Positions 59,857 through 64,000 of a stretch of 64,000 bases of DNA are shown here, one piece after another. The DNA is taken from the NCBI GenBank assembly GCA_963749155.1, contig CAVVLO010000001.1, positions 32,001 to 96,000 on the forward strand. Reading direction: 5' to 3'. Position numbers and translations under genes: made by a program. Under the pieces are notes generated by a model that had not been told where the DNA came from, did no database searches, and worked only from the letters and a program-made list of their open reading frames with translations. Within the stretch, counting starts at the first letter, position 1; each line of letters begins with the position of its first letter. The DNA is from an uncultured Armatimonadia bacterium (GTDB lineage Bacteria; Armatimonadota; Zipacnadia; CAVVLO01).

Positions 59857-61454
59857 GCTGGATGGACGGACTGCTTGGCTATTGGCCACTTGAGGCGGAC
59901 TGCGAAGACCACTCGGGCGCGGGGCTTCACGGTGTCTCGAACGCCCAAGGCGTTGTAGAGGTGCCCGATTGCCCGGCGCTTGTGCTGGAGCAGGGCGACT
60001 TCACGCTCAGCGCCTGGGTTTGGACCGAGCGCGACCTGACCGGCCCCCTTGGCGACTTCGCTTCCAAGTGGGATGGCAGCGGCAGGCGCGGCTTTACGGC
60101 GGGACTTGGCGGCACAGCGGGCGGCTACAACTCGCTTGGAGATGCCCGTTTCCTCAGATTTGGCGCGGACTCGGGCACTGAACCAACCTGGCAAGACCAC
60201 GGCAGACCGAACCCGGGTTCCAACTACGTGAACTCTCTCACCGCCTTCGAGGGCAGGCTGTATGTTGCCTCATGCGATGCTGTGGACCAATCCGGCTGGC
60301 GGCGCGTTTTCCGTTGGGCAGGCGGCGACTGCTGGGAGGACTGCGGCCAGGTCGGCAGTCGGCGCAACCGAGGCGTCGGCGGGCTGGTCGTCCATCGGGG
60401 GAGCCTGTTCGCCGCCACCTGGAACTACGATTGGACGCGTGTCCACGAAGAACTGCCGCTTGAGGACGATGTGCATGTCTGGCGCTATCTGGGCGGGCAG
60501 GACTGGGAGGACTGCGGCCAGCCAGGCAGCGGGCAGCGACTTTTCTCGCTGGCCTCCTTCGCGGGCGACCTCTATGCTGTGATGGAGGACAGCCAGGTCT
60601 ATCGCTGGCACGGCGACCGGGGTTGGGAGGCTGTCGGCGAGTTGCCGCATTACGGCCATCCGATGGGCGTCCACGAGGGCAGGCTCTATGTTGGCACCAA
60701 CAACCCGGCAGGCGTCTGGGCCTTCGATGGGCGGACCTGGGACTATCTGGGCAACCCGCAGGGCACGGAGGAAGTCTGCAACCAGGTGCACAGCCTGGAA
60801 TCCTGGGATGGCGCCTTGCACGCCACCACCTGGCCCCTCGGTCATGTGATGCGGCTTGAGGGGCGCGACTGGCTCGATTTGGGCAGGCTTGGCGCCACAC
60901 TTGAGATCAACGCCCTGGCTGGGTACAACGGCAAACTTTACGGGGGAAGCATCCCCTTTGGAGAAGTCTTCCGCTTCGATGGCACTGGCAACTGGACGTT
61001 GATGAAGCGTTTCCACGAACCGGCGATTCTGGAGCAAGAACCCCTGAACGACTGGACGCGCGTCACGAGCCTCTCGGTCTTTGCAGGCAGACTGTTCGCG
61101 ACCGTTGCCAGTTGCACCGGGTCGGTGCGCGATGCGCCGCTGGACTATCGGGGGAAAGTCTTCAGCCTCGAGGCCGGCCAGCATGTGGCGCATGATACTG
61201 ACCTTGGACCTGGGTGGAAGTCGCTTGTCTGCGCGCGCCGCGCGGGCAGGCTGGAGGGCTGGGTGGATGGCAAGCTCGTTGCACAAAGCCCCGAAAAAAA
61301 GCCAATTTCACTGGACCTTTCCAACTCTGCCCCGTTGCTGCTTGGGGGTGGTCCGGCCGGCCCCTTCGCGGGCAAGCTGCGCGAGGTACGCCTTTTCAGC
61401 CGCGCGCTGGTTGAGAGTGAGATTGCCCAACTGGCTGGTGAGCGGCCCGGCTAG
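59853..61454 (+). CDS. LamG-like jellyroll domain with an inserted beta-propeller
   Basis: LamG halves WPLE...DFTLSAWV and WVDGKLV...FAGKLREVRLFSRAL flank repeated (F/H)xGxLY...VxRxxG.xWEDxG blades. Confidence 0.7.
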   Translation: MSWMDGLLGYWPLEADCEDHSGAGLHGVSNAQGVVEVPDCPALVLEQGDFTLSAWVWTERDLTGPLGDFASKWDGSGRRGFTAGLGGTAGGYNSLGDARFLRFGADSGTEPTWQDHGRPNPGSNYVNSLTAFEGRLYVASCDAVDQSGWRRVFRWAGGDCWEDCGQVGSRRNRGVGGLVVHRGSLFAATWNYDWTRVHEELPLEDDVHVWRYLGGQDWEDCGQPGSGQRLFSLASFAGDLYAVMEDSQVYRWHGDRGWEAVGELPHYGHPMGVHEGRLYVGTNNPAGVWAFDGRTWDYLGNPQGTEEVCNQVHSLESWDGALHATTWPLGHVMRLEGRDWLDLGRLGATLEINALAGYNGKLYGGSIPFGEVFRFDGTGNWTLMKRFHEPAILEQEPLNDWTRVTSLSVFAGRLFATVASCTGSVRDAPLDYRGKVFSLEAGQHVAHDTDLGPGWKSLVCARRAGRLEGWVDGKLVAQSPEKKPISLDLSNSAPLLLGGGPAGPFAGKLREVRLFSRALVESEIAQLAGERPG

Positions 61455-62449
61455 CCCTCAAACTTGGAACTGGCGCCTTCCGGACCTGCGCTGACGATAG
61501 ATTCGGCCAGCCACAGGCTCTGCAGCGCTTCCTGCCCCGAGGCCAGGCGCGTGTCGCGCTCGCCCGTCTCCACCAGTCGCAGGAAGGCCGCAAGCTGCGC
61601 GGCAAAGTAGTCCGATGGCTCCCAGGCGAGCGTCCGAATGTGCCCTGGTGCATCGTGCCAGGTGAAGCCCCACTCGCCCTCCAGCACCAGCGTCCCCTTC
61701 GGCCCGACCAGGCGTTGCGGCTCGCCGCCAGTTCCGAAGTCGCCTTCCTGCCAGGCTGCCGTGTAGGAAAGATAATGCCCCGCCTCGAACCGCGCCAAAG
61801 CCGAGGCCTGGGTCGGTGCGGTTACGACGTCGGAAATCAGGGCCGACTCGGCGAAGAGTGTGGCTGGCTTGCCCAGCACCCAGCAGGCGAAGTCGAAATC
61901 GTGGATGGAGCCGTCCATCACCATCCCGCCGCCGCGCGTCAGGTCCCACATCCAGTTGGCCGGACCCCGGTAGAAATCGCTGCGAGGGCCCCAACTGGAG
62001 CTAACCCAGGTGACCGGCGAGCCAAGCGCGCCCGACTGGACGAGGTGGCGAACTTCTTCTCTTGCGGCTGAGAAACGTCGCATATAGCCGACCGCGAGGG
62101 CCACTCCGGCGCGTTCGACCACTTCCAGGAGGGCCTTCCCCTCGGTTACAGTGCGGCAGAGGGGCTTCTCGGTCAGCAGCTGCTTGCCCGCAAGCGCCGC
62201 CCTGGCAAGCCACTCGCTATGCAGGAAGGTGGGCAGCGCGCAGATGACAGCGTCCACTTCAGGATCGTCGATCACGGCCTGCGGGTTGGCGCTGACTTTT
62301 GGGACGCCAAACTGCGCCGCCAGTGCCTGGGCAACGTCGAGTCTACTATCGCAGAGATGCACGGCCTCAGTCGCAGGATTAGCCGCGATAGCCGCCAGAT
62401 GCGGGGGCACGATACCGCCAGCGCCGAGGATGCCAAAACGCAAGGTCAT
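61451..62449 (-). CDS. Gfo/Idh/MocA-family oxidoreductase
   Basis: FGILGAGGI, EKPL, GYMRRF, GGGMVMDGSIHDFD. Confidence 0.92.
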   Translation of the reverse strand: MTLRFGILGAGGIVPPHLAAIAANPATEAVHLCDSRLDVAQALAAQFGVPKVSANPQAVIDDPEVDAVICALPTFLHSEWLARAALAGKQLLTEKPLCRTVTEGKALLEVVERAGVALAVGYMRRFSAAREEVRHLVQSGALGSPVTWVSSSWGPRSDFYRGPANWMWDLTRGGGMVMDGSIHDFDFACWVLGKPATLFAESALISDVVTAPTQASALARFEAGHYLSYTAAWQEGDFGTGGEPQRLVGPKGTLVLEGEWGFTWHDAPGHIRTLAWEPSDYFAAQLAAFLRLVETGERDTRLASGQEALQSLWLAESIVSAGPEGASSKFEG

Positions 62450-62453
62450 CTGG

Positions 62454-63119
62454 TCACCCGAGCCTTCGGCTCGCCCAGAGGGCGCAGCGACGCGCCAGCT
62501 CGCAGGCGGCGGGAGAGTCATAAGTCTCCGGCCCATGTCCAAGCGCGTTGTAGACCACCCGCGCAGGGCCATAATCATGCGCCCAGAGCAGCGGGTGTTC
62601 GGCCCCTTCCCACTCACCGACCAGCAGTGGGGTGGGCTGCTCCTCGAAGGCTGGCCAGGTGTAAAGCTCGTCGGTAACTTCGAAATCCGACAGGCCTTCA
62701 GTCAGCGGATGGCGCGCCTCAGTGATGCGCGCTGTGAAGCGACCGTAAGGAGCGTGCGTGGACTGGCCCCACTCCCACCAGCCGCCGAGGATGCGCCTCC
62801 ATTCGGGCCAGTCGTTGAAACAGATGGTCGCGGCGTGCAGGGCAAAAAGTCCCTTGCCGGCGCGGAGGTGCGCGAGGAAGCCCTTGCGCGCAGCCTCGGA
62901 CAGCTCGAAACTGGCGTAATGCCACTCTGACTCCGGCTCGATGACCCACCACACGCCGTTCAGGACGAGTAAATCCACCTCTGGCAGGCCTTGCTCAACT
63001 AGGGCGAAGTCCTCCCGTACCTCGCAGTCGAAACCTGCCGCGTCAAGTTGCTCTATCAGGCGGGCCGAGGTGGTCGGATCTTCATGCGCGACGCCGCCAC
63101 TCAGGATGAGCGCGTTCAT
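62454..63119 (-). CDS. ThuA-domain (class I GATase-like) protein
   Basis: LILSGG..H, GKGLFALHAA, FEVTDELY, RVVYNALGH. RBS GGGAGG. Confidence 0.85.
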   Translation of the reverse strand: MNALILSGGVAHEDPTTSARLIEQLDAAGFDCEVREDFALVEQGLPEVDLLVLNGVWWVIEPESEWHYASFELSEAARKGFLAHLRAGKGLFALHAATICFNDWPEWRRILGGWWEWGQSTHAPYGRFTARITEARHPLTEGLSDFEVTDELYTWPAFEEQPTPLLVGEWEGAEHPLLWAHDYGPARVVYNALGHGPETYDSPAACELARRCALWASRRLG

Positions 63120-63450
63120 AAGAAGCCTCCCAGAAAGCTACTGACTTCAATGCCGCCATATTCGGAGAACCAGGGAGGACTCCTGCGACTTTGCGAGGGA
63201 AGCGCAATGTCTGCGAGAGCCAGATTCCCTCGAGAGAAACTTGAAGACGCTTTGTGCACTGAAAACTCCAACGCACACCCCCACCCACCCGGGGGTTGGA
63301 GGATGCAGGAAAAGGGCCAAAAACGCAGGTGTGATGCCATTGGCGCGGAAAATTTACTAAGGTTTTACTCGGCGGGAGGGGGGTGGGCAAGCCGGGAGCG
63401 TCTCAGGCTCAGCCCGGTCCAAGGCCATCTCCGACATTCTGCAATAGGAC

Positions 63451-63474
63451 CAGGGCGGATTCAAACCCGCCCTG
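63451..63474. terminator. Hairpin downstream of the aldo/keto reductase
   Basis: CAGGGCGG-ATTCAAAC-CCGCCCTG. The stem resembles the REP stem but has no GTAG foot. Confidence 0.45.
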
Positions 63475-63496
63475 TCTTTCCGGTTTTGCTGTTGGG

Positions 63497-64000
63497 CTAC
63501 GGCGCCGGGAAGAACGAATCCAGAGTCTTGGCCTCGGGTGCGAGAGAGGTGACTTCCTCCTCCGACATCGGAGTGAAGCGCTCCCAGGCATCCAGCATCA
63601 GCCACAGCAACTCTGCATGACCTGGCGAGACGGCAGCTGTGACAGGCTTGGAGAGAGTAAAGCGCACTCCAGTTATGGCCTCCTCCAGGTTGTCTACCGG
63701 CTTGTACCAGCACTTGGGCCAGCTGCGCTCTTCGCCCTCCGCCCAGCGTCGCTTGCCCAGTGTCTTGAGCGCCAAAAGGCCGATGCCTAGCTCTTCCGTC
63801 TTCGCCACCACCTGATGACCGAAGTGGCCATGATGCCAGGTGACCCAGTTGACGGGGAAGAGGACCGAATCGTAAGGATACCCCTCCAGCAACGCCAGCG
63901 CGGCCTCTTCCGAGTGCGCCGAAAACCCCAGATGCTTAACCAGGCCCTGCTCTTTTGCCTCCAGGAAGCACTCTAGCGCCCCGCCTGGCCCGAGGATTGT
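63497..64000 (-). CDS. Aldo/keto reductase, C-terminal part (5' end outside the window)
   Basis: The frame is open to the edge: LGPGGALECFLEAKEQGLVKHLGFSAHSEEAA...DSVLFPVN...LALKTL. Confidence 0.85.
   Translation of the reverse strand, partial: TILGPGGALECFLEAKEQGLVKHLGFSAHSEEAALALLEGYPYDSVLFPVNWVTWHHGHFGHQVVAKTEELGIGLLALKTLGKRRWAEGEERSWPKCWYKPVDNLEEAITGVRFTLSKPVTAAVSPGHAELLWLMLDAWERFTPMSEEEVTSLAPEAKTLDSFFPAP

Noticed and set aside
63116..63620. Short ORFs in the gap before the ThuA gene
   Set aside because: No convincing RBS, codon pattern or motifs.

Overview
A GC-rich bacterial window, probably from an Armatimonadota-like lineage (inferred from the DUF1559 prepilin style), dominated by glycan- and sugar-utilisation genes. 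These include many secreted glycoside-hydrolase-like proteins (GH42-like, GH20-like, GH127, DUF4838, DUF6067/GH123-like, GH67-N/FN3/LamG, GH38), SSS and CUT2-type ABC sugar transporters, three Gfo/Idh/MocA oxidoreductases, two URO-D-family proteins and a glycyl radical enzyme running off the left edge. It also holds a phosphate module (alkaline phosphatase, PhoB/PhoR-like pair, and a convergent DUF1559 prepilin gene with a pho-box-like promoter), a CsoR-family-regulated RND-TolC operon with two operators, a REP-associated tyrosine transposase with three GTAG REPs (one inside its own CDS), and an unexplained intergenic array of hairpin repeats at ~37.7-37.9 kb. About 12 single-base indels in short homopolymers break genes and are most likely long-read errors. 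I saw no rRNA, tRNA or CRISPR array. All family assignments come from motif recognition by eye, not database searches.
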